DNA of 64,000 nucleotides from Leptogorgia sarmentosa (Eukaryota): NCBI GenBank assembly GCA_964658305.1, contig OZ210884.1, positions 7,936,001 to 8,000,000 of the forward strand, read 5' to 3'. Shown piece by piece: positions 24,035 to 37,304 of this stretch (position 1 is its first letter; each line of letters starts with the position of its first letter). The notes under the pieces were generated by a model. It saw only the letters and a program-made list of their open reading frames with translations, ran no database searches and was not told where the DNA came from. The position numbers and the translations under genes were made by a program.

Positions 24035-27000
24035 TTACACTACTGTTTCCTCGTGTTTCTCCAACAAATTATTGCAAGTGTTTTTGTATTGTCCTGAAAA
24101 TGGATCAAAGTACAAGATATCATCACGGCAATCATGTTCGACTTCACTTATAGTTTTCAACGTCCCTGCATCCATGTTTCTTTCTGTAAAACTAGATATG
24201 GAGTCGATGCTTGATCTGTAGTCACTGTAGTATATCCCAGAGTCCTGGGTTTCGACTTTTTGCGGCATACCTCTGTGGTTTGTGTATTCGAATGACGTGG
24301 AAGAATCCTGTGATCCCTGGCTGCTCGTTGAACTTCGCAGTGAATAGTATTGACCTGTGTATGTTGCGTTTCTGGAATAAAATTTAGGTGTAATAGCGTG
24401 CCTCCAAATACTTTTATTCTCTGTAATTGATTCACTTGTTTTGGACAAGTTCCTTGTTGACTGTTTTTTCACGTTTACTAAACCAGTTGTTGAATTTCTA
24501 TGCTCGGGATTATTCACTGTATCATGCTTTTCTATGGAGTTCCAGTTATTGTTCTTCAATGTCACCGAGTGGTCGATAGGTATGCTTCTCCCACCATTTT
24601 GTGCTTGAGTATTTTTATGACCAAATTTTGTATTAATATCACCTTTCTCATCTGCGTTTGGGTCTTTGATCTCACCCTCATCTTTCGGCAAGATACCATT
24701 CTTTTTGTGGCAAGGATCATCTCTAATTTGAATTCTATCCGTATCCCCAGTTAATAACTTTTGATGCGTTGGATAAATTCTTTGGCTTGATTTCTTGTCT
24801 TTGACGCCAATATTCTCGGGAACCAGGCCTTTGAAATAAACCTCATTGTTATTTTCGGTGTCTTTCTTGGAAAACTGCGGATCTGAATTCTCATTTACCA
24901 ATTCAATAGTTTTGGTAGTTTGATTGACTTTATCTGGTTTATTTTCACGTTCATTGTGAGTTGTTACAGTTGACGCCTTTTTCGTTTGTATATCCAGCTT
25001 TGACTCAAAGTTAGTGACTGGATCGATGACATTTCTGTTGGCGTCCGCAATTCCTTCATTACATCCTTCATGAGTCGTTTTCTGTTCGTGACAAGTGTTT
25101 CCGATTTCTTCTTGTTTAACATTCTCTTTCTTATGCGATCTGTGGCCGTTCATTTCTTTCTTGTCTGTCGTTAGAATATTACTAATTGATTGTTGGGCTT
25201 TGCCTATTTCCATTAAGTTAATTGTGCTTTGTCTGGACTTTGCTATATCTGAATCTAGCTGTTTGTTATTTCCTTGGTAGCCTGGAAGATCATTTGTCTT
25301 TCCTGAGCCATGCTGGATTGTGACGTCATGGTCGATGGTGACGCGATCTTGTAAAGCTTTGTCTTGAATTTCGTCATCACTGTCCTCGAAGCTGCTCCCC
25401 TCTGGTCCTGGAAACGAGATAAACGCTCTTTGTCGAATTAATGGCGACGAGCAACGTTGAATGGTTCCATCAAGTTCTGCTTTTAGACTGGAATCACTTT
25501 GACTTGACGAGAGTGAACGCTGGTTGCTTTCTAATTTTTCTTGCTTTGATATCGTCTCACTTTTATCCATTTTAGAGTGAAATATTGTCTTTTTCTTTGA
25601 TAGTTTTCTGTTAAGACCCGCTTCATGAATAGTCGTAACCTTTTTGTCCATTTCAGTTGATAATTTCTCTTCCTGGTGCTGCTTCTTATCAGCTTCGATA
25701 TTGTTAATGTCAACCTTATTATGCTCCAAGTCAACGTCGTGTTTGGTTTCTAATATATCCTGCTTCGTATTAACTTCGTGTTCTTTCGTGTGAGCATCGC
25801 TCTTGGATTCCTTATGAAGTTCGGCGTGAGTCGTATCCTGTCTGATTTCACTTGTTTCCACGTCTTTTGGTCCAGTTTTATTTCCCCGGTCAACGTTATC
25901 TTCTCTTGTACACGTATTCTGGAAGATGTTCGTATCCACTTTATCCTCAGAAATGCTTGATTTTGGTAAATTAGGGCAACTCGATCTCCTAAAGAAACTA
26001 GATTCAGGAGAAGGTTCGTTGCTAGGGAAACGAAATACTGTCGACTTGCTGAACGCTGAAGTGGGTGTGTTAAAGCTTGTCATACTTGTTCGGCGTGATT
26101 CCTCATTAGGCGAGCGTACTCCAGGTGATATATTTGACGAAACTTCGAGCAATTTTAAATGACTTTTATTTAGCGAGAGTTCGATTTTATCAGCTTTCAG
26201 ATTACGCCGATTTTTCCGACTCTTTGCTGCCTTGGCTTGCCATCTTTTACCCAGAAAGCCGACAACGAAAACGCTTCCTCGTCTTCCCATCCGACCCGGA
26301 AGATTTTTCGCTGAAAAGCTGCGATTTGTCGCGTCCAGTGATGGAGCACTTGTGGCTTTCTCCACAGCTGAATGAGATTTCTTTGTTTTCTTGCTTGATT
26401 TCTTACGCGGCCTATCGCTGCTCTCATCTTCATTGTTTGATCCGCTCATTTGCGAACTCTGAGAAACAGATGAGTTGCGTACGATTTCAATAGTTGGTAA
26501 CGTGTTGCCAAAGGAAAAATACTGCTCGTTTGTCGGTGTATTGTCCCCAACGCCGCTACATTTTTCATCGTCGGAGTGTAAAGTGTTGTGTGCAGTTTCC
26601 GTTGTATCGTTCTCGCTGATCTGCTCGATTGCTTCATTCTCGTAAGCCCCATGGCACTTCTTTGCTTCGCTTGAACTGGTACCTCTTGTCACGTCCATGC
26701 CAGGTTCCTCTTGTGAGTACGAAGCATTAGGCGAACGGCTGTCGGTTTTTAACGACGACTGTGATGAAGCATTTTCTGCTCTATTTATGGAAAGGCTGCT
26801 TGAATCTTTGGAATTTGTCCTGCAGTCTTCAAATGCTCCAGGGTAATCCTGGGAAGTCTCGCCTGCGGAAATCTCGTTGACATTTTTTATTGTAGTGTCG
26901 TACTTGACGTTGTTGTTATCAAAATTTTTTGCCTGATCAAATTGCCACAACTTATCATGGAACTTGGAGAAACGTCTTCTAGTCGGGGTTGTAGGTGGTT

Positions 27001-30000
27001 CGCTGCTTTCGAATGAACTCCCAGCCATATCCAAAGCAATTTTCGGCCAGTTTCTAACTCGTGCATTCGGGCTCATATAACTAGCGTTCTCTGAGATTGC
27101 GCTCATCCTGAGATTTGTAGCTCTTGATCCGATGAATGGATCGATAACTTTCAGGGCGTTTGCAGCTCCGATTACCAGTGGCCGTTTGCTCTGAACTGCC
27201 TTCTGTTTTGCTTTAGCGTGTGAGTAATAGAGTGAGAAATTACTCACAATGACGGGTATGGGTAGAGCAATTGTTAGAACGCCACATATAGCACACGCGG
27301 TACCCACAATCTTGCCAGGTAACGTGTCCGGGACGATGTCGCCATATCCAAGCGTTGTCATAGTGACCACCGCCCACCAGAATCCCGCTGGTATAGATGA
27401 GAACTTCTCCGATTCTTGTTCAGCATAGAACATCAACGTTGAAAACACCACCACGCCTATACTGAGAAAAAATCCGAGCAAAAATAATTCGCTTAAGCTC
27501 GATCGTAAAGTATGGCCAAGGATTTGGAGGCTGTACGAATGTCGCGATAATTTGAATACTCTAAATACTCGAATCAGACGTATGATTCGCACGGCCACTA
27601 TAGAATTCACATCTGTATTTGAAAGAAACAGTTGAATATAGAACGGGATGATTGCAGCGAAATCCAGCCAGTTCATCATTTGTCTCACGAATTTTCGTTT
27701 ACTTGGGCAAACAATGAAACGAAGCACGATTTCAACTGTGAACCAAATGACACAAATTATTTCTAAGATACGTATGACTTGATGTTGAATTGACTGCGAT
27801 TCCGAGAAGTATTCCATGGTTTCCAAACAGGAAATGATTACTGACGTGATTATCAACAACATACTCAGCATTGCGATAATCTAAAACATAAAAATTCCAT
27901 GTAAGAGAATTGATGGAGAAGTCGTAAAGCCTGCCACACACGAGAACTATCTGCTGAACTGACAGTCACTGGTGCCTATTGGCGTAAGCAAAATGCCCCC
28001 GTGTGCTGCAAAATTTTGCGAGGTTTTCGTCACGCGTGTCAAAAATATTTCAAAATTTTGCAGCACACGGGGACATTTTGCTTACGCCAATAGGCACCAG
28101 TGACTGTCAGTTCAGCAGATAGTTCTCGTGTGTGGGAGGCTTAATGTAGCAAACATCTTTGAACTTTGCATACAATGTACACCTTGGCGGTGCAAGATTT
28201 GGTATGTCGCGTGGCGGATCGAAATTCTCGTCTATTCTCGAAAACAGAGGTTTTCAGCAAATGTCGTTCAAATGGCAGAAAAACGCAAAGAGCGTCTGTA
28301 TCTTCTCATCCACATGAAGATCGTATTAGTGATAACAAGGCTGTAGGTCATTAACTATCAGCAGTGTGTCTTTTCTATTTCGCTGTATGCCATCGAAAAA
28401 AATCCCCTGCAAATTGACGCACGCGTTGTTTTGTAATCACCCAAGTAACCCAACAGACAGATTAATTGATAATTCACTTTATCAGCATTGAAAATCAAAT
28501 ATTAAGTTTTTTCTCATCAGATAATTTTTTCTCGAAGTGGATAGAAAGGTTCATGGTGCTTTAAATCTTTCGTAGAATGACTTTTTTTCGCTTTGGCTTG
28601 CTGTGATTTTATATGAAAGAAAAAGGAACTGATAACATAGATAATTATAGTACGTCATGAAGTCCTGTGCAGACATTCAAGATTTTTTTTGATAACTTGT
28701 TTACATAGCAAAAAATTATCTGTGTATACTGCAAATTAATTAACATTTTCACAATTTTTTAGACAAAAGCCGTGTTTAAAAGATGAACATGTCCGAATGT
28801 GACATTGATATGTAGGCCTAAAGTTTTGTTGCGCAGGCTATTGCCATGCCATAAAATCTCGTTCGTTTTCAAGTTAATTTTCGAGTGGAGTCAGTTCAAG
28901 CTGTTTCTGATGTTTTGCCACCTTTTTAAAACCGAGAAATATGATAACATAGTTGTTTGCGTACTTCGGACTCGCCGTCGTAAAACTTGTGTAGAAACAC
29001 ACACACTAGAATAAATAAAGACTTCAAAAACGCCGCTTGCTGTCTCAAAAAACGAGCGCTAAGTAGTTTGGTGCCGTAATTTATACAAAAAATTTTGCAC
29101 CTGCGGTCGTTTGTCTCAGAGAAGTCAACTTAAATGGTCTATAAGAAAAAATTGTAAACATGCATATTTATTCGTCGTAGTATATAGTTAAATGTTTAAT
29201 GTTATTAGGCAGAAAATTGTATTTACGTTTTTGCTGCCCAATGATCAAGAGCTCCGTTCAAGATAGACCACTGGCATGTAATTTAAAAGACTGATGCGGA
29301 TAAAACAAATGAGCCTTGGAATATTCTCATAAATCGAAAAATGAAGTAATATGTGTGACAGTATAATCACCGCAGTACAATTTCCAAAATTCATATAGCT
29401 ACACATATGAGAGTATGTGTTTGATTTTCTTGTGTTTTTATGATTGAATTAGGTGTGTCTTTATAAATCCACGGGCTTTATCCACATAAAGCACGGCAAT
29501 AGCGGGCTCTATCCAGATAAAGCCCGTGAATTTATAAACAAGTATTTATGCTATTTACAGGTCTATGAATAACAAAGAAAACCGCGTCAATAATATAATA
29601 ATATAGTGATATAGCATCATTTCTTTCAATGATATTAATTGCGTGAATCACTGAATGCTTTAAAAGTGTTATTACGAGTTCATGCGTACATGCAGATCTG
29701 AAATGCATACTGACTTGGGGAGGCCTATATACAATACGTTGCGTAACGCTCGTTAGGTAAGAGAGTAGCTACGCTTCAGGAATTAGGAGCCCCACACATG
29801 CATGGGGCCCTCCTGTGCAATGACCCCGCAGGATCCCGCTTCGAATTGATAACTGAATTCGGAATATTTATAAAGTAAAAAACAAATGTTTTTAACCTAT
29901 ATCGGGTGATATACTCCAGGGGCCGCTTGTTCAAAGCTATAGCTTAAGGCTAATCCTGGTTAAAATTTAACCCAGTGTTTTAGTTTGTGTATTTCTGCAC

Positions 30001-32399
30001 ATCTATTTACTTCGAAATTTCAAAGAAGAAAACTCTTAATGATCCGCACAAGATTTCTGAACAAACATTTCTAAATTCATAAACAAATTGTTGGAGAATT
30101 TGCTTTGAATTTCAAGTTAACCCAGGGTTAAACTAACTGGCTCTTGAACAACCGGCCCCTGAAATTAAAGTGCCGGGATGTCAGGAATTAAAAATATTCG
30201 AGAAAAATAAAAGTTTGCGAAAATTTTTGAAATAGTGCCTAGTCTAATTTTTGTTGATCCGAAAACCGGGCCGCATCATCCAACCATTTTTTCCCTTAGC
30301 TTAGCTCAGTTGCCTTTCGTTGGCAATGATTTCGTCCATGCATGCATCGGCGGTGCATTCAGCTCAGCATTTTGTGTTCAATGCTTAAGTTGGTCGAGGT
30401 TTGAAATCTCATCGTTTTTGTCGTCTTTAGGGCGCTAGAACACATTGTAAAACTTTCAAAATTATGAAGCTGCATGGGCTAAATATGTGAGTTTTAGTGA
30501 GAATTTATGTGAATTGAAAACTCACGGCAATTGAAATTTTTTAAACATTGTTTTTGGGGGATACGAGTATATTAAGCTTTGAGTGACGCCGGGGACAAAT
30601 GCTTCCAATATAGGGCACTGGAAACACTGATTTTAGAAACGTGCAGATAATCATTTATAGTGCACAAAGAGACTTAACTTCATGATTATTTGCACGATTA
30701 TTGCAGCGGCATCTAAATTAGGCGGAAAATATAATTATGGTATATTGATCGTATCTTTAAAACATATAGCATTGACGAAAATTGTTGTTTTCCAAGTTTA
30801 CCATTTGCGTAAAGTCGTATCAAAATGGATAAACCACTTTATGAAACGTGGACTTTACACAATATATATATATATAAATTATGATCATGACATGGTGCAT
30901 TTACTATTGTGTACTCGTACAGCATGCATGCTCATCAGCGGACTATATTCTGTATCTGCAAATCTTACAATATTTTCTAAGACTTTTGCAAGTGCAAGTA
31001 CTTCATGTGTGCGCGGCTATTTTGTCTAGCTCGTGTTATCTACAGAAATTACGCTTTGCTCTAAAAAATCCGCAAACACCATTCTGAAAAGTATGTTCAT
31101 TGGCTAGGCTGTGTAGTAGTATGTCGTCTGTCGAGCCAACAGACCAAACAAGCTTTCGCTGTCAATGCATGGCATAGTTATATCTGCTGCCTGATACAAA
31201 AACACCTGTCCCTGTCCGAGAATAATATCCCACTTTGAAAGCGAATTCGAAAGTAAACGAAATTTAATGGCATTTGGCGGGCTCGTAAACAGGTTTGACC
31301 TGATAGGAAAATGTCTTCACATGCGCATGAGGTTTTATGAGCCAGATTCGCAATTTTGTACGACTATATGATTGCCTCTTGAAAAGATTTGAAAAAAACA
31401 ACAGCCTAGTAATATCTCGGGGCATTGACGGAAACGCTATAGCGATATGGCCAAGTCTTTTCCAGACAGTAAAATAAATGACATGCAATCCTAAACTTAC
31501 TGCATTACTATAGTACACTCATCCACGGTATTATAATTATTAGGCCCACGTCGTTATTTAGGACATGCATATAATGGTTGGTTCATTATCAAATGGCAGA
31601 GCATTTTACAGCCAAACTATTAATAGTTTGATTTTACTTCAATATGTGGCCATGTTAGGTAGAGGATAAGAACATCAACAAGCATACACTGCAAAAGTTC
31701 TATAGTTCTATACTACTATATAGCAGTTCTATTCATTACCGAAACGCGTTGGAGAAGCGTAGCTTTGTCGGACGTAAGGCTTCAAACTGTATCGTTTAAG
31801 TAGTATAGAAGTTTTCTCGATGTAGTTTATTTTAGCATTCAGCCTACCTTTGCGGTTAAAGAACTTGACGGTTCCTCCAAAGTGAGCCATACTCTTGACT
31901 TGTATTTGCGTAAAGCTTGTCTATAACTTCGCATTTGAAGACCGACATCTGCCTCGTCATGAAAACTGTATTCATGTTCACTTGCGGCTTCTTCCACGAT
32001 TTTATCAAACGAGCTTAGATTTGCTTGTGCTTCGCCGTGTTTTTTATAATTCATCCAACAGCACGTCTCGATACTGGCGTCTTCCAAGCCCCAGAACGCC
32101 AGTTCCTCCTCGAAGATCGGGCCACAGACATCGTTAGGGCAGTGGAGTTTACCCGTCCTGTAGTAGTTTAAAATTTGCGCGAAAACCAATGGATGGCGGT
32201 CGAAAAAGAACTCGCCAGAATTGGGATCAAACTCTGGAACCTGTGTCGGATTATTGTTAGTTAAAGAATAGAGTCTTGTGTCAGGGATGTTTCTTAATGT
32301 TCCGACGTACGTTTCGTGCCGTAAGCCGCCGACATTAAGAATTATTTTATTACGTATTCCGACTACGCGTTCATTATCGGTTGTATCTCCACCTAACAT
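24035..32399 (-). CDS. Voltage-gated K+ channel, Shaw/Kv3 (KCNC)-like, 1465 aa, 2 coding exons: 32399-31848 and 27880-24035
   Basis: T1 domain LNVGG.RHET..FFDRHP..ILNYYRTGKLHCPNDVCGPIFEEELAFWG..CCW with the HX5CX20CC zinc site; S4 RIIRLIRVFRVFKLSRH; pore FWWAVVTMTTLGYGD; S6 LPIPVIVSNF; phase-0 GT-AG intron; C-terminal ETVV. Confidence 0.93.
27927..28142. mobile_element. Palindromic MITE (PIF/Harbinger-like) in the Kv intron
   Basis: Inverted arms of about 90 bp (aagcctgccacacacgagaactatctgctgaactgacagtcactggtgcctattggcgtaagcaaaatg...) with only a few mismatches; TAA-like flanks. Confidence 0.85.
29917..30161. mobile_element. MITE (Harbinger-like)
   Basis: TIRs caggggccgcttgttcaa / ttgaacaaccggcccctg. 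Confidence 0.7.
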
Positions 32400-35300
32400 T
32401 CTCGCGAAGGAAAATTCAGTAGGAAATAATTGACGTCTTCATCCGTTGAAATGCCAAACGTTTAGTTACTCAAATGCCGAGTTAGTTTTCAATTACTATA
32501 ACACGGACTCTTCATTTACTGTCTTACTGCCCGTTCATTATATCTGCCCTATATCATCGCGTAACATTTCCTTTAATGCGCGGGAGCAATGAATGAATGA
32601 AACTCGTCTTTATTGGCTGAAATTTCGATACTTTATTCTTTGAAATCTCTGGTGTTCATTTACGCAAACATTTAGTCTTTATTTGTTGAAAGTCTAAGTC
32701 GTAATACAGCTGTGATAATTTATTCAATTATTACTTAGCTTGTTTTAAATTCATATTTTCAACTAACGACCTGCTGCTAAAAAACGAATATGAAGTGTCA
32801 CTTCAGTTGCCAGATGTTTTTCCCGCTTCTGTTTGTCAATTCAATCCTCGCTCTCATTGCTGTTTTTTCGCGATACGTTTGGCCTTGTAAATCAGAGAGA
32901 CACCAAATATTTGCTGTCCAGTTAAACCACTTTTTAAGCAATTCAACCGTTTGTGCTACACATTTACACAAAAGTGATCAATATATTTATCTTTCATATC
33001 AAAAGCTCGTATGCGTTACAACTCAGTCATCCCCTTGACTCCCGCCAAGCATGCGCATGCGCAATACAGAAACAGCTGTTTTGGCGTTGTCGTGGGCTAA
33101 TCTGAGCAATCACATTTAGAACCTGTTAGCATTATTTTCTGAAACCAGATTTAAGCCAGAATTCGTTTCTTTACTTTAAAAATATTCTCGTATTTGCATT
33201 CTTCCATACTCTTAAATGCCCCGATGATGAACACACACTCTGTGCACGCTATATTCATCGTTATTCTATGCAAAGGTTTTTTACTTTATCAAGTCAATAC
33301 ATAACTTCCTACCAATATATTTCTTCTACAAATATATGATTATTGTACTCGATGGCATTAGTGGTCGATCCCTTGGGTTTTCTATGATTCATGTAATTCG
33401 AAACGATTCAAACGTTCTTAATACAGACACTAGTCGACACTAGTAGCCACAGCATTTTTAGCCCACTTGACAACTCCGTTGGTGTTGGGGAACATTTGGA
33501 AAGAAAGGATGTAATTCTTAAATCACTGTGTAGGTAGAACTATCTTTTTCTAAAATATCCTTTTAAGTTTTAACATTGTCTTATGCATGTTGTCGAAGCG
33601 ATTGCGATTGTGTCTGGGTCATTAAGTATTTCAATACGATGAGGTGGGCGTTTTTCATGCAGATAAAACATAGTTGGCGACAATAATAAACGTGTCCACA
33701 GAAAAAGACCGCGGCGCACTCTGTCCACATTTGTAACGTTGTAAATACGAAATTACAGCGATCTACCGGTCTAAAATAAAAGAGCAAAACTGGAGTCGTT
33801 TTTCACTATCGGTCAGTTTAAAATACGCCATGCCGATAATACAGGGATAATTTGATCCCTGTTTTCGCCGCTGCTGGCGGAAAATTTCGCGACTGAAAAT
33901 TTTAATGCGTTGTTTTTCCGTGCCGTCAGCCAAAGGCCAAAGAGATGTTGAAAGTTGTAAGCAACTAGTGAGGCAGGACAAAATTCTTCAGCGGCGAATG
34001 TAGGTAAAAAGTGAATTTTTTGTCGAAATATTTCGCTGGCGGCGGTGAAATACGCGAGCGGAAAACGGGCTTAATCGATCAGCGCTTCTGCTCGCCACCT
34101 CATAGTATTCAAAGAACAAACGCAATAATTTTTTTATTTTCCCTCTTGGAAATGAGGTTAAAATTACATACCTGGACGAAACAACAAGATTCGACGATTG
34201 GAGTGAAGTCCCTTAGCGGGAAATGTCGAATCTTGTATCGTTTATAGGTTAGGTATAGTGAGAATGAAGAATGCTGCAGCAAAATTCAACCTCTTTGATT
34301 AATTCTCAAGGCCATGTCAATGAAGGATGAAAATTAATGAGAGCCACGCCTGGTCACGAATGGTCACAGGAGGAATCTCGGGCTTTACACTAAATAAGAA
34401 TGAAAGAATGACGAGAGTTTTGGCAATAGTTTCACTTTGATAAACTGCGTTAAAAAAGCATCAAGGACAACTGCCAAAGATCATGTGACTGCTAGCTCAT
34501 ATCAGCTGTTATGTCGTTTCACTTATGTACGGCCATCCAAGTCATCCAGTCGCCCTTTGTATTTTATTTCAACATAAGCCGGATCCAAATCAGAAGGTCA
34601 CTTTGGTTACAGTTACCGTATGAGACGAATTCCCCTTTCGGAACACTATAAAATTAATAAAAATGTTTGTTGGAAATGCTTGTGGAGAAAAAAAAGACAG
34701 ATAAATTAAGACAATTCATTAACGAGTGCTGCAAGTGTAGTTGATAAAGAGTGAATCTGACACTCGCCATTGTGGTGGCACAGGCCACACATGTAGTGGT
34801 GCTCAGATGTGTAATAATAAAGTGATTGAATAATTATGCATGCGATTTGATTGGGTATTTGATTAATTGATGGCTGAACTTAAGCACTGGGGACTGGGAA
34901 CGATATAGATCATTTGATCTACAGTTGTATGTTGGAATCACAATAATTATGATATTTTATAAAATAACTGGAAGTAAGTGAAAAAGACTGCGCGTGCGTT
35001 ATTGGCTAACAGCCGTGTTGATGTACGTGAGATTATGTAAACACAGCTATTTCCCGCTGCTTCTCGCTATTCCGTTATTCCGCTTTTGTCATCGTGTTAT
35101 TTTATAAAAGTAATAGAAAACATTAATTTCCCTGTGTTTATTTCCCATTTTCCTATTTGTTCTTCCTGTCCATTTCCTGATAATAACTTTCCTCAACCTT
35201 TCACTGGTGGCGTAAAGAATAACGACTGATCATCATTAACTTTTTGGTAGCGAAATTTTTCGCCATTTCAAAGCACGATCAATAGCACAATCGGTAGTGA

Positions 35301-36143
35301 CGTAAAGAGTGCCTGTCGTGTGAAAATATATAAGCAATAATCTTTCACAAATTTCACGAGAATTAAATTAAATTAAATTATTCAAAGACAACGATTTTTT
35401 TATTATCTCATTGGAAATGAGGTTAAAATTATCTGTAAGATCTGTAAACAAGATTTTATAATTATAATTTAAGAATACGTACAATACACGCGTGACGGAT
35501 AATCCACCATTTCTTGCATAATCCAAGACAAAACATAATCAGTGTGACATACTATAAAAAATTGTGTTTGCATTGAGTTTTCTAAAATTATATCTACTGT
35601 TTGCAGTGCTGGAAACCATACACAGACTTGATGCAAGTTGTGGACTGCGGATTCATGCGAGTTTGCTATCAAATTACATCATGCCTGTTGGCTTATCAAG
35701 TTGTACGAATCTGAGAACCAGACTTGATGCAATTTGATATTTACAGAAACGCTGAAAGTTTTCTTCACAAGTTATCTGGCATCAAGCCTGTTTGAAACTT
35801 GGAGTAGACTTGTTATCACTGCACCAATCCACAATTATGGGCTAAATAATTAAAAGGGAACAATTAAGTCTGCATCAGATTTGTTGCAGCTTCCGCAATT
35901 CTGGCTGTGGCAGTGGCAAATAAGGTCCAAGCCCATTCATCTGGGAATCTTACAAAAATTTTACTGTAGTTTTACTTGTTTTTAATTTTACCGTTCGCAT
36001 ATCGCGGGCTCGAAACCGTGGTATTTGAAAAATTAATTACACACCTGTGTAATTAATGTTTAATTCGCACAGTTGTTGAAGCTTTTTAGCCAATCAGCGT
36101 CCGGGAAATTGACTACAATGATATTATATATATAATTTACATT

Positions 36144-36310
36144 TAGACTATGTTCACACGATGTGGTACGAGAAAGTGACATTTAATTTCCAGTCCGTTT
36201 TGTATTGTCTACACGATACCGGGTAAATTGTCAAATTTTGTAAAATTAGCGAAAAATAACTTTCTCATGCCGTTTTCGCCCCGAACCGGCATCGTGAGAA
36301 CATAGTCTTA
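36144..36310. mobile_element. MITE
   Basis: TIRs agactatgttcacacgatg / catcgtgagaacatagtct. Confidence 0.7.
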
Positions 36311-37304
36311 ATTAATATGGGTAATAGTATGGTTTAGAGTGCAATTTGGAAATTAACATACACGCTACGAGTGAGTTTTCCAAAGACCTCAAAATCTTTG
36401 GAAAAGTATATGAGTATATATCCAAATTGCACGAGAAACCATTACTATTACTTGTTAATAGTTTGCATAAAAGTATTCGAGACAATTGTAGTGTTAACTT
36501 ACGTCTCAAAGCGAAGACGGCAGAGTTTTCTTGCTTAGTTTATTTCACATTTTACCATTATACAGCGATAAAGGTTGCAAAAATTCACCCAAGCACGTTA
36601 GTCTTGTTTGAGATAAAGTTTTTTACGCCATAAGAAAAAGGTAAAAGCTATATTTTCGACTCGAAGACAATTTTCACTTTGTTTAGCGCGGAGCCATGTT
36701 TGTTTTGTTTTGTTTTGAAGCAATCTGTAGCTTGAGCTCTAATTTGATTGGTTCAAAGTGATACCAGAAAATTGCACTATGATAACTGTTAAACGACCTC
36801 TTGATTTGCTGTATTACTGTAGAATAGGGAATCGTATCGTAACAACAACAACAACCACTTCTTTTATAATATCTCTTTAATTAATGTTTCCCGAGTGTGT
36901 GTAATCTTTCAACTCTGTTCTTTAACTAATGTGCGTAGTGATATATTTTACATATGACAAGGTGCAAGGTGCGTAGATGCGTGCGCATCCTAACTAATTA
37001 GCAAGGTTCAAAGGTTCTCTTACATAACACAAAATTGCACTTTGATTACAGAAAATTAAGCTGTGATTACAGAAAATTGCCCTGTGATTACAGAAAATTG
37101 TGCTATGATTTGGGATTAACTGCACTGAAATGAACCAATCACAGTCGAGTAATACTTTTATTTATATTAATTACAAACAAATACTTTTATTTGTCCCAAA
37201 TTTGTATGACAGCGGGCAAAGTTTGTGGTAAAGCCACTTTCATTTCCCGGTATATATAATGGACGTGGCTTTTTAACATTCAACAATTAAAATTTCAGGA
37301 TTGA

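Noticed and set aside
24157..26652. Many short ORFs overlapping the Kv exon
   Set aside because: Shadow frames of the long Kv coding exon.
31735..31752. GAAACGCGTTGG resembling the 3' half of a Penelope hammerhead
   Set aside because: No CUGANGA box or stem II upstream.
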